Assembly: GCA_022703625.1 (NCBI GenBank)
Contig: JAKLDH010000002.1
Span: forward strand, 1,462 to 65,461
DNA from: Cyanobacteriota bacterium
Lineage (GTDB): Bacteria > Cyanobacteriota > Vampirovibrionia > Gastranaerophilales > UBA9971
Direction: 5' to 3'
Length of the DNA: 64,000 nt
Shown here: positions 28,333 to 36,890 of the stretch, piece after piece
Layout: each line of letters opens with the position of its first letter
How positions within the stretch are numbered: the first letter of the stretch is position 1
The notes under the pieces: model-generated
The model's input: only the letters and a program-made list of their open reading frames with translations
Databases searched by the model: none
Told to the model about the DNA's origin: nothing
Position numbers and translations under genes: made by a program

Positions 28333-28989
28333 ATGAAACACATCGTCCTTTATTCAAACGGCGCACAGTCAGCTTATACGGCTTATTTTGTAGCCAAAAA
28401 ATACGGCACAAAAAACCTTGTCCTGTTATACAACCCCACAGGAGCCGAACATCCTGATTCAAAAAGATTTGCTTCTGATATTTCAGAACTTATAGGAGTT
28501 GAAATAACCGAAATATCCTGCGGGATGGATTTATGGGAATTAATTGAAAAAGAAAAGTTTATCCCAAATCCAAGAGCAGCATTTTGTACAAGGCAATTAA
28601 AGGTTATACCTGCCAGAAAATACTTTAAAACATTAAAAGAGGACTTTAGAGTTTATCTTGGCTATACAAAAGATGAAAAATGCAGGGCGGAAAGGTTTTT
28701 AGAAGCCAACCCTGATCTAAATGCTAGATTTCCCATGATCGAAAAAGATTTATCAGCAGAGGATGCAAAGAAAAAACTTATCAGGCTTGGTATAAAGCTG
28801 CCAGAAAGCTATCTATACTTTGAACACAACAACTGCATCCCCTGCGTAAAGGGCGGAAAAAATTATTTTAAACAGGTTTTGAAATATTTTCCGAAGCAAT
28901 ATCAAAAAATGGCGGAACTGGAAAAACGTTTTGGCCACACGGTTTTAAAAAACATTTCACTTGAAGAATTAACAAAGGAGGTCGCATGA
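28333..28989 (+). CDS. PAPS-reductase/PP-loop-like protein inserted in the tail module
   Basis: 218 aa. It has a degenerate PP-loop (VLYSNGAQS), CTRQLKVIPARKYF, GYTKDEKCRAERF and a C-terminal NNCIPCVKGG. This order of motifs matches the PAPS reductase family (PF01507-like). Confidence 0.6.
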   Translation: MKHIVLYSNGAQSAYTAYFVAKKYGTKNLVLLYNPTGAEHPDSKRFASDISELIGVEITEISCGMDLWELIEKEKFIPNPRAAFCTRQLKVIPARKYFKTLKEDFRVYLGYTKDEKCRAERFLEANPDLNARFPMIEKDLSAEDAKKKLIRLGIKLPESYLYFEHNNCIPCVKGGKNYFKQVLKYFPKQYQKMAELEKRFGHTVLKNISLEELTKEVA

Positions 28990-29294
28990 AACACATTACA
29001 CTTCCATCAGGCAAACAGGCAAAAATTGACGACGGCAAGGGATACCATCTCCTGCAGTCACAACGAAAAGCCAAAAACACAGATGAGATTCCATATGCAC
29101 TCATTGCGGAACTCGCAGAAATTGACGGGCAAAAATTGCCTTATGAAGACATTTTACAAATGTCCTTAAACGATGTTTCAACACTGCTGAACGCAATTAA
29201 TGAAGCATCAGATGATAAACCGTTGGGAAAGTCTTCACAGCAAAATCAATCCTTATCTTCTGCTCCGCAACAAACACAACATTATCAGAAGTAA
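28986..29294 (+). CDS. tail assembly chaperone (zero-frame product)
   Basis: 102 aa, located between tube and tape measure. It contains the slippery site (see next features). Confidence 0.7.
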   Translation: MKHITLPSGKQAKIDDGKGYHLLQSQRKAKNTDEIPYALIAELAEIDGQKLPYEDILQMSLNDVSTLLNAINEASDDKPLGKSSQQNQSLSSAPQQTQHYQK

Positions 29295-29374
29295 AAGAGA
29301 TGAGCCTGTCAGAACTTGCCTTCTGGATTAATGAAACAGGTAGTCTGTTAAAGGAATTACATAGTGAACAATGA
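28986..29374 (+). CDS. tail assembly chaperone, -1 frameshift-extended product
   Basis: Predicted fusion ...PLGK/VFTAKSILIFCSATNTTLSEVKEMSLSELAFWINETGSLLKELHSEQ*. It ends 11 nt inside the tape-measure gene. This is the canonical G/GT-type arrangement. Confidence 0.6.
29225..29231 (+). promoter_or_regulatory. -1 programmed ribosomal frameshift slippery heptamer G GGA AAG
   Basis: GGGAAAG is in the correct X XXY YYZ phase of the chaperone frame. The -1 frame is open from 29219 to the TGA at 29372-29374. Confidence 0.7.
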
Positions 29375-31391
29375 TTTAAAAGTCGGAATAACAATACAAG
29401 CAACTGACAAAGCGTCAAAAGCCATCAAAGGAATCACCGAGCAGACAATGAAGCTCGAAGATGTCACAAGAAAACTTGACGCTTTTGGTAAGACCTCGCT
29501 TATTGCAGGCGGTGTATTAACCGCCGGGCTTGGGCTGTCTGTGAAAACTGCATCCGACTTTGAATCAGCAATGAAGCGTGTAAAAGCCCTCTCCGGATCC
29601 ACAAACGAACAGTACAAAGCATTAACCCGAACAGCAAGGGAGCTTGGCGCATCAACGGTGTTCTCGGCAACGCAGGCAGCAGAAGCTATGCAGTTTCTGT
29701 CAATGGCAGGATACAGGGCAAATGAGCAGATTGATGCAATGCCGGGGTTATTAAACCTTGCTGCAGCTTCTCAGGAAGAATTGGGAACTACTGCTGATAT
29801 AGTTTCCAATATTATCAGCGGGTTTAATATGCAGGCGAAAGAATCTACAAGAATCGCTGATGTGCTTACAAACCAGACAACTTCATCAAACGTGACTCTT
29901 TGGGAAATGGGAGATGCAATGAAATTCACTGCTCCTATGGCATCAGCCCTGCAGATTTCAATAGAAGAAGCATCTGCTGCAATCGGAATACTTGGTGATG
30001 CGGGTATTAAAGGAGGAATGGCAGGACGTAACCTGAATATCATCATTGCCAGATTAACTGACCCTCCAAAAGAAGCTGCAGATGCAATAAACCAGCTCGG
30101 AGTAAGTGTGCTTGATTCAGCCGGAGAGTTCAGGGGGCTGCAGGCAATACTTTCTGATGTAAAAACAGCAACAGAAAATATGACATCAGCACAAAGAGCA
30201 GCTATATTGTCGCAAATAGCAGGGCAGGATGCAGCTAAATCCCTGTTAAACCTTGTATCCCAGTCCAATACCAAACTTATTGAATACACAGAAAACAATA
30301 AAAAAATGGGAACTGCTGCTCGTGTTGCTCGAGAACAAAATGAAAGTTTTACAGGTGCATTAAAGGAACTGCGCTCGGCAGTAGAAGAACTCCAAATAGC
30401 AACCGGAAATACACTTCTACCAACCTTAACTGGCGGAATAAGAGTCGTTAAGTCCATAGTTGATTTAATTAACCTTATTCCAACACCAATAAAAGGCATT
30501 GGAGTGGTGATTTCAGCGGTTGCAGGTATAACGCTGGTTACAGTCGGGGCATTAAGTCTTGCCCTATCAGCCCTGTTAAATACTCTGAATATTCTTGCTC
30601 CGGCGTTCACTGCAAGGTTAGTCCCTGCAATGTGGAGTGCGGTTTTAGCATCACGTGCGTGGCTAGTCTCAACCTATCAGAATATTGCAGCATCAAAAAT
30701 CTGGACAATATCCTTAAAGGACTCTTTGCTCTGGCTTAATGCCAACAAACTGGCAATATTAACCAATACAAGGGCATTAATAATCAATTCAGCACAGGGA
30801 TTACTGGTAGCGGTTAAAAATATCTGGAAATACACAGGAGCTTTAGCAATCCAGAAAGCGTCATTGCTAGTCAGCACAGCAGCAAATTTGGGTTTTGCAG
30901 GTTCGTTCAGGGCATTGGGTGCTGCAATTATTGCAACTCCTTTAATTGGCTGGATAGCAGGACTTGTAACATTGGCAATAATCCTTGTGCAGAACTGGGA
31001 CAAAGTCGTTGCGGTATTTAAAAAATTCCTGAATTTGGCTTCTAATGTACCTGGTCTTGGTTTCCTTAAAAACTTTGGAGGAACTCAAACTCCTGTAGCA
31101 CAGAGTGCAGGGAAACTTCCAAAATACGATATCGGCAGCAGGTTTATTACGCAGACCGGACTTGCAATAGTCCATCAGGGCGAAGAAATTGCCCCAGCCG
31201 GAACAGTTAAAAACATATTCAACAGGCAATCAGGCGGAAGCGTTGTATTAAATTACAACCCCACAATTTCAGTAATTGGTGGCGGGGAAGGGGCAAAATC
31301 AGACTTTGCCAAAATCCTGAACCAGCACAAGGACGAGATAGTTCGCATTATTACAAAAGAAAACGAAAGACGAATGAGGTTAGCCTACTAA
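29364..31391 (+). CDS. tail tape measure protein
   Basis: 675 aa, GTG start 8 nt after AAGGA. It has an Ala/Gly-rich helical N-terminal part and hydrophobic segments, and sits after the chaperone. Confidence 0.85.
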   Translation: MNNDLKVGITIQATDKASKAIKGITEQTMKLEDVTRKLDAFGKTSLIAGGVLTAGLGLSVKTASDFESAMKRVKALSGSTNEQYKALTRTARELGASTVFSATQAAEAMQFLSMAGYRANEQIDAMPGLLNLAAASQEELGTTADIVSNIISGFNMQAKESTRIADVLTNQTTSSNVTLWEMGDAMKFTAPMASALQISIEEASAAIGILGDAGIKGGMAGRNLNIIIARLTDPPKEAADAINQLGVSVLDSAGEFRGLQAILSDVKTATENMTSAQRAAILSQIAGQDAAKSLLNLVSQSNTKLIEYTENNKKMGTAARVAREQNESFTGALKELRSAVEELQIATGNTLLPTLTGGIRVVKSIVDLINLIPTPIKGIGVVISAVAGITLVTVGALSLALSALLNTLNILAPAFTARLVPAMWSAVLASRAWLVSTYQNIAASKIWTISLKDSLLWLNANKLAILTNTRALIINSAQGLLVAVKNIWKYTGALAIQKASLLVSTAANLGFAGSFRALGAAIIATPLIGWIAGLVTLAIILVQNWDKVVAVFKKFLNLASNVPGLGFLKNFGGTQTPVAQSAGKLPKYDIGSRFITQTGLAIVHQGEEIAPAGTVKNIFNRQSGGSVVLNYNPTISVIGGGEGAKSDFAKILNQHKDEIVRIITKENERRMRLAY

Positions 31392-31810
31392 TGTACGCAC
31401 AGCTTGGAAATATACGGTTTGACTTAATAACTTACTTTAACGGCTTTGATGAGGCTAAAAGCTATACCTTCGCTGAACATGCAAGGATTGAAAAGAAGCC
31501 GAGGCTGCAATACACCGGCGAAAGCCTTGAAGAGCTGAATATAAAGCTGAATTTTCATTCCAGCTTTTGCAACCCAGAAACAGAAATAGAAAAGCTAAAA
31601 ACACTTGCTAATACACATCAGCCACAACCTTTTATACTCGGCAACGGCAAATACATAGGCACTTATGTGATGCAGGAAATATCATCAACGCTTGAACAGA
31701 GTGATAAACAGGGCAATATAATTTCAATCCAGACGCAGCTAAAGCTCAAGGAATGGACAGGGCAGATAAAAGCAGACGCAAGACCAAAGCAAGGGCTTAA
31801 AACACGATGA
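31391..31810 (+). CDS. tail protein (P2 gpU-like)
   Basis: 139 aa. MYAQLGNIRFDL... pattern, in P2 order T-U-X-D. Confidence 0.75.
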   Translation: MYAQLGNIRFDLITYFNGFDEAKSYTFAEHARIEKKPRLQYTGESLEELNIKLNFHSSFCNPETEIEKLKTLANTHQPQPFILGNGKYIGTYVMQEISSTLEQSDKQGNIISIQTQLKLKEWTGQIKADARPKQGLKTR

Positions 31811-32025
31811 CACAGGAATACTATGAGTACATAACGAAACAAGGCGACAGATGGGACTCGATAGCGTGGCAGTTTTACACCAACGCCTCACTTTACGAGC
31901 CAATAATCAAAGCTAATTCTCACGTACTTATAGAGCCAACCCTGCAATCAGGCATAAAACTCAAAATCCCTGTAATAGAACAGCAAAATACAATCGAATT
32001 CCAGCTCCCACCGTGGAAAAAATAA
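31807..32025 (+). CDS. tail protein X (LysM-like, P2 gpX-like)
   Basis: 72 aa with GDRWDSIAWQFY motif. Confidence 0.75.
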   Translation: MTQEYYEYITKQGDRWDSIAWQFYTNASLYEPIIKANSHVLIEPTLQSGIKLKIPVIEQQNTIEFQLPPWKK

Positions 32026-32037
32026 GAGGTCAGATTT

Positions 32038-33006
32038 ATGAAACCGACATTTCGACTGCTATACGAAAATCAAGATATAACCGTAGACGTTGCACCGTAT
32101 GTTCTGAGCATAGAATACACTGACTCAGAACACGGACAGAGTGATGAAATCCAAATTAGTCTTGAAGATACGGACAAATTATGGCAGGGAAACTGGTATC
32201 CAAGTAAGGGAGATACGCTAAATCTTCAAATAGGATACGCTGGCGATAAACTCCTCAACTGTGGCAGTTTTGAAATTGATGAGATTGAATACGTTTCCCC
32301 TCCTGATGTAATTACCCTGAAAGCACTTGCAACCAATATTAAAAAAGCTCTGAGGCAGGAAAACAGCGTTGCTTATGAAAATAAAACCCTGAAGCAAATA
32401 GCTCAGGAAATTGCAGCAAGGCATAGGCTAAAGCTGGTCGGGGATATTAAGGAAATCAGGGTTAAACGTATTACACAGAATAAGGAGCGGGATTTAACCT
32501 TCCTGAAAAATCTAGCAGAGCAGTATGGATACATATTTAAAATAGCTGATGAGCAGCTTGTGTTCTATGAAACACAGAAACTAAAAGACGAGAACGCAAC
32601 GCTAATCTTAACCAAGCAGGAATTAAGCTCAATTAATTTAAGAGAAAAAGCTCACGAAAAATACCGTGCCTGCTCGGTTTCCTATCACGACCCGGAATCA
32701 AAGACAGTAATTTCAACAATTATAAGGGCAAACGATGTTGTAAACGGGGATGTATTAAAGCTCAACACTCGCTGTGAGAATAAAGAACAGGCAATTATAC
32801 AGGCACAGGTGGCATTAGCTCAGAAAAACGTTTCTAAAATAGAAGGTTCACTGTCTTTGGAAGGTTCTCCTTACCTTGTAGCAGGCAGCAATATTGAGCT
32901 TAAAGGTATCGGAAACTTTTCAGGCAAGTATCACCTGACGCAGGTTAAGCATCTAATTGATAAAAATTCAGGTTACACAACGAATTTGGAGGTCGAATCA
33001 TGCTGA
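32038..33006 (+). CDS. late control gene D-like tail protein (P2 gpD-like)
   Basis: 322 aa. The call rests on position and size. Confidence 0.75.
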   Translation: MKPTFRLLYENQDITVDVAPYVLSIEYTDSEHGQSDEIQISLEDTDKLWQGNWYPSKGDTLNLQIGYAGDKLLNCGSFEIDEIEYVSPPDVITLKALATNIKKALRQENSVAYENKTLKQIAQEIAARHRLKLVGDIKEIRVKRITQNKERDLTFLKNLAEQYGYIFKIADEQLVFYETQKLKDENATLILTKQELSSINLREKAHEKYRACSVSYHDPESKTVISTIIRANDVVNGDVLKLNTRCENKEQAIIQAQVALAQKNVSKIEGSLSLEGSPYLVAGSNIELKGIGNFSGKYHLTQVKHLIDKNSGYTTNLEVESC

Positions 33007-33512
33007 GATATGGAATAGTAACAAATATAGATGAAAAGGAGTGCAGGGCAAGAGTGCAGTTTGGCTCGGATGAGTTGACCTCTTACTGGCTGGCTATTTT
33101 GCAGGCAAAAACACAAAAAGATAAATTCTACTTTATGCCGGATATCGGAGAACACGTTGCCTGTCTTATGGATGAACGCTCTGAAGCGGGGGTGATACTT
33201 GGAGCAATATATTCAGAAATGGACGAGGTGCCTGTTGTTTCAAAGAATAAGTTCAAAATAAAGTTCCAGGACGGAGCTGAGATTGAATATGACAGGAAAG
33301 AAAATGAATTAAACCTAATATGCCCGAATATCAATATTACAGGAATGATAAACCACACAGGACTGCTTTTTAATTCGGCAGGTATATTATCGGATGGCGA
33401 TATAACTGACCATACAAGTAGTATGCAGACTATGAGAAACATCTATAACGGGCACGACCACATTGGAAACGAGGGAAGTCCTACTTCCCCACCTAATCAG
33501 GAGATGAACTAA
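33000..33512 (+). CDS. baseplate spike/assembly protein V
   Basis: 170 aa. MLRYGIVTNIDEKECRARVQF... is the gpV OB-fold N-terminal pattern. Confidence 0.75.
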   Translation: MLRYGIVTNIDEKECRARVQFGSDELTSYWLAILQAKTQKDKFYFMPDIGEHVACLMDERSEAGVILGAIYSEMDEVPVVSKNKFKIKFQDGAEIEYDRKENELNLICPNINITGMINHTGLLFNSAGILSDGDITDHTSSMQTMRNIYNGHDHIGNEGSPTSPPNQEMN

Positions 33513-33871
33513 TGGCAACTTTACAGGACATAAAATATGCAGACTGGCAGCCAAAGCTGAACCAAATCGGTGAAATATCAGAAGGCATCGATGATATTAA
33601 CCAGTGCATTGCCATAATTTTAAGCACACAAAAAGGCTCGGTTCCGCATCGTCCTGATTTTGGCTCTGATATTTACAAATACATTGATTATCCGGCAAAT
33701 GAAGCTGTCCCGAATATTATCAGGGAAGCGATTGATGCCATTAAAAAGTGGGAAACTCGCATTGATATTAATAATGTAACAGCAACTATTATTCAGGAAC
33801 AAGTAAAAATCCAGATTGAATGGCAGTTAAAAGAAAGCGATTTAACTGCAAACACAGAGGTTATTCTATGA
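33512..33871 (+). CDS. baseplate protein W (GPW/gp25 family)
   Basis: 119 aa. IAIILSTQKGSVPHRPDFGSDIYKYID motif. Confidence 0.8.
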   Translation: MATLQDIKYADWQPKLNQIGEISEGIDDINQCIAIILSTQKGSVPHRPDFGSDIYKYIDYPANEAVPNIIREAIDAIKKWETRIDINNVTATIIQEQVKIQIEWQLKESDLTANTEVIL

Positions 33872-34974
33872 CATTACCCGAACCCAACTTCATAGACAGA
33901 GATGCAGACAGCATTACCAGAGAATGGATAGACCTGTATGAACAAAAAACAGGCAAAACTCTGCAACCGGCACAGATTGAACGGCTGTTAATTGATGTTG
34001 GGGTTTACAGGGAAAACCTTCTCAGGATAAAAATGCAGGAAACAGCAAAACAAAACCTTGTTAATTACGCATCATATCCTGTACTAGATTATCTTGGCGA
34101 ACTTGTCGGAGTCCAGCGACTTCCGGCAGTGAAATCTAAAGCAGTTTTAAGATTCAGCCTGTCCGAACCTCTTTCTGTAGAGGTTAGAATATCCAAAGGA
34201 GCGCAGGTTGAAACAAAAGACGGCAAAATCATCTTTAGCACGGATGAGGACGCTGTCATTAAAGTCGGTGAAGAGTTTGCAGAAGTAGCAGCGTCTGCAA
34301 ATATCGAAGGCTCCATTGGCAATGGTTATCTCACAGGTGAGATAAACAATCTCATCACGCCTGTCAGCTATGTTGATAACGCTGAAAACATTGATGAATC
34401 ATCAGGCGGAGCTGATGAAGAGACGGATGAGCAGCTAAGGCAGCGAATCAAGGAAGCACCCGAGAAATATTCTAATGCCGGCAGCAAAGGTGCTTACAGT
34501 TTCCACGCCAAATCTGCGCATCCTTCCATCATTGATGTTTCGGTAATCACTAAGCAGGCGGGCGTGGTTGAGATTTACCCTCTGACGAAAGAGGGCAACC
34601 CGGGTTCTGAAGTTATTGGGGTTATTCAGGACTACCTTAGCGATGAGCGAGTACGGCCACTAACTGATCAGGTGCTTGTCTCATCGCCGGAGCGGGTTGA
34701 TTTTGAAATTATCGCAAACCTCATACTTTACACTTTCGCTGATGCTGAAAGTGTTCAGACTCAGGTAACTGAAAAACTGGAAGCGTACAAGGCTGATTTA
34801 AAGACAAAACTCGGCAAGGACATAGTCCCAACCCAGATTATTGCCCTGTTAAACAGCATTTACGGTGTTTACAGGGTGGAATTAACCACGCCTTTTTATC
34901 AGGAGCTTGATACAAGCCAGTGGGCTAACTGCACAGGTTACACGGTAACAATCGGAGGCTACAGCGATGGATAA
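33868..34974 (+). CDS. baseplate protein J
   Basis: Start at ATG 33868, with an ATGA overlap with gpW. 368 aa, in P2 order W-J-I. Confidence 0.8.
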   Translation: MTLPEPNFIDRDADSITREWIDLYEQKTGKTLQPAQIERLLIDVGVYRENLLRIKMQETAKQNLVNYASYPVLDYLGELVGVQRLPAVKSKAVLRFSLSEPLSVEVRISKGAQVETKDGKIIFSTDEDAVIKVGEEFAEVAASANIEGSIGNGYLTGEINNLITPVSYVDNAENIDESSGGADEETDEQLRQRIKEAPEKYSNAGSKGAYSFHAKSAHPSIIDVSVITKQAGVVEIYPLTKEGNPGSEVIGVIQDYLSDERVRPLTDQVLVSSPERVDFEIIANLILYTFADAESVQTQVTEKLEAYKADLKTKLGKDIVPTQIIALLNSIYGVYRVELTTPFYQELDTSQWANCTGYTVTIGGYSDG

Positions 34975-35488
34975 TTTATCCCCAATTAACGATATATCCT
35001 CAAAAGCCTTTGATGATTTGTTTGCAAGGTATAACGCCCTTGGAACAGACAAGATGCTTGTTTATCTGGTGGATACTGTAAATGCTTCAGCCCTCCCGCA
35101 TCTTGCAGAGCAGTTCCATATCCTTGGCAATGAAGGCTGGCTTTATGCTCAGACTGAGCAGGAAAAGCGTGCATTAATCAAAAATGCTATTGAACTGCAC
35201 AGGTATAAAGGCACAAAGTATGCCTTGCGTAAGATTCTGGAAATCCTCAACCTTAACGGCAAAATCAGGGAATGGTTTGAATATGAAGGCAACCCATATC
35301 ACTTCATAGTAAGCCTTGATTTGCGGAACAGAGGTTATGAGCAAACAACCGAAGAGCAGTTGCTGGATTTGATAGAAGAAACCAAGAATGCCCGCTCTGT
35401 TATGGAAATACTTGAGGTGAACCTGACCAATCAGGCAAATTACAGGCTAAGAACGGCAATGATTACAAGCGAAGAGGTAATTATCTGA
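34967..35488 (+). CDS. tail protein I (P2 gpI-like)
   Basis: 173 aa. The pattern LPHLAEQFHILGNEGW...HRYKGTKYAL is typical of gpI. Confidence 0.75.
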   Translation: MDNLSPINDISSKAFDDLFARYNALGTDKMLVYLVDTVNASALPHLAEQFHILGNEGWLYAQTEQEKRALIKNAIELHRYKGTKYALRKILEILNLNGKIREWFEYEGNPYHFIVSLDLRNRGYEQTTEEQLLDLIEETKNARSVMEILEVNLTNQANYRLRTAMITSEEVII

Positions 35489-36183
35489 TGCCGGAATTCT
35501 ATTCATTAATCACAAATATCGGCATACAAAGGGTTAATGAGGCACTTGCTGCCGGGACCAAGATTGACCTTGCATTTATTGCTGTCGGAGATAGTAATGG
35601 GGCATATTATGAACCGGATATTGAGCAGGCTTCGCTTGTAAACGAGTGCTGGCGAGGTGAGATAAGTGAAATCGGAGTAGATTCCCAGCTTTATGCAAAA
35701 GCCTTAATTCCATACGATGTCGGAGGTTTTTACATCAGAGAAATCGGTGTATTCGACTCTGAAGATAACCTTTTGATAATAGGCAAGCAGCCTGAAACAT
35801 ACAAACCTGTTGAAGGCGAAGGCTCAATCAAGGAACTCTGGGTAAAAGTGATTTTGGAAGCAATTAACCCTGATGTAATCGAACTTAAAATCGACCCAAC
35901 TATCCAGATGGCAAGCGTGCAGTATGTCCAGAACCTATTTACAAGTTTCCAAAACCATACACACCCTGATTTAATGCCAATCTGGCTCTACGACACGAAT
36001 TCCAATGGGGTTGTGGATTCCTGCGAGTTTGTGGATGGAGGTGAGTTTACAGACGGACAGGTTATAACAATACCGGAACCGCCAGAAGTGCCGGAATTAA
36101 TAATGAGCACAGCAATCTATGACCAGAATAACAACGGAATAGTTGATGAAGCAGAAAATATTGACGCAGGTGAATTTAATTAA
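35488..36183 (+). CDS. tail fibre protein (collar-domain N-terminus) with two EF-hand/dockerin-like loops
   Basis: 231 aa. N-terminus MPEFYSLITNIGIQRVNEALAAG is P2 gpH-like. C-terminal repeats YDTNSNGVVDSCEFVDGGEF and YDQNNNGIVDEAENIDAGEF. Confidence 0.75.
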   Translation: MPEFYSLITNIGIQRVNEALAAGTKIDLAFIAVGDSNGAYYEPDIEQASLVNECWRGEISEIGVDSQLYAKALIPYDVGGFYIREIGVFDSEDNLLIIGKQPETYKPVEGEGSIKELWVKVILEAINPDVIELKIDPTIQMASVQYVQNLFTSFQNHTHPDLMPIWLYDTNSNGVVDSCEFVDGGEFTDGQVITIPEPPEVPELIMSTAIYDQNNNGIVDEAENIDAGEFN

Positions 36184-36206
36184 TTAGTTAAAAAAAAGGA
36201 GATTTT

Positions 36207-36890
36207 ATGGGCACAATTCAAATCAAAAGGGGATTATCGGCAAACTTGCCAACCTCAGCAGCAAGCGGTGAAGTATTATTTACCACTGACACAAAATGTT
36301 TTTATGTGGGAAACGGAATCGGTACAGCATTAACAAAATTTGAAAACGCTACCCAGCTTGCAAATTACCTTGCGGGCAAGTCTGATGTCGCTCATACCCA
36401 TATATCTGACAATATCACAAACTTTAGCACAGCAGTTGATGCAAGGATTACCCTGCAAAAGGGAGTTGCAAACGGCATCCCAACACTTGATTCTGGCGGT
36501 AAAATCCCGACAACGCAAATCCCTGCAACCTTTAAAGAGGCGCAGGTTGTAGTTGATATTGCAGCACGTAACGCATTAAGTGCATTTTCAGGAATGCACG
36601 CCCTGGTATTAAATGCAGAAGCTGATCCTTCAGTCGAAGCAGGAGGCGCAGAATACGTCTATGACGGGACAGCGTGGCAGAAAATATCCGAGTTAAACGA
36701 CCTTGATATGGTTATCTACTGGGAAGATATCCAGAACAAACCTGATTATCTTGGCAGCTTTAGCAATCTTCCGGACACTCCTGAAACATATACTGGACAG
36801 GCAGGCAAAATTGTCGCTGTAAATCAAGCTGAAGACGGGGTTGAATTTATTGATACTGTTACAAATAACGTGGATGGGGGAAGTTTCTAA
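36207..36890 (+). CDS. tail fibre/receptor-binding protein with Mtd-N/hyaluronidase-N-like N-terminus
   Basis: 227 aa. IQIKRGLSANLP...GEVLFTTDTKCFYVGNG. Ends ...NNVDGGSF. Confidence 0.6.
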   Translation: MGTIQIKRGLSANLPTSAASGEVLFTTDTKCFYVGNGIGTALTKFENATQLANYLAGKSDVAHTHISDNITNFSTAVDARITLQKGVANGIPTLDSGGKIPTTQIPATFKEAQVVVDIAARNALSAFSGMHALVLNAEADPSVEAGGAEYVYDGTAWQKISELNDLDMVIYWEDIQNKPDYLGSFSNLPDTPETYTGQAGKIVAVNQAEDGVEFIDTVTNNVDGGSF

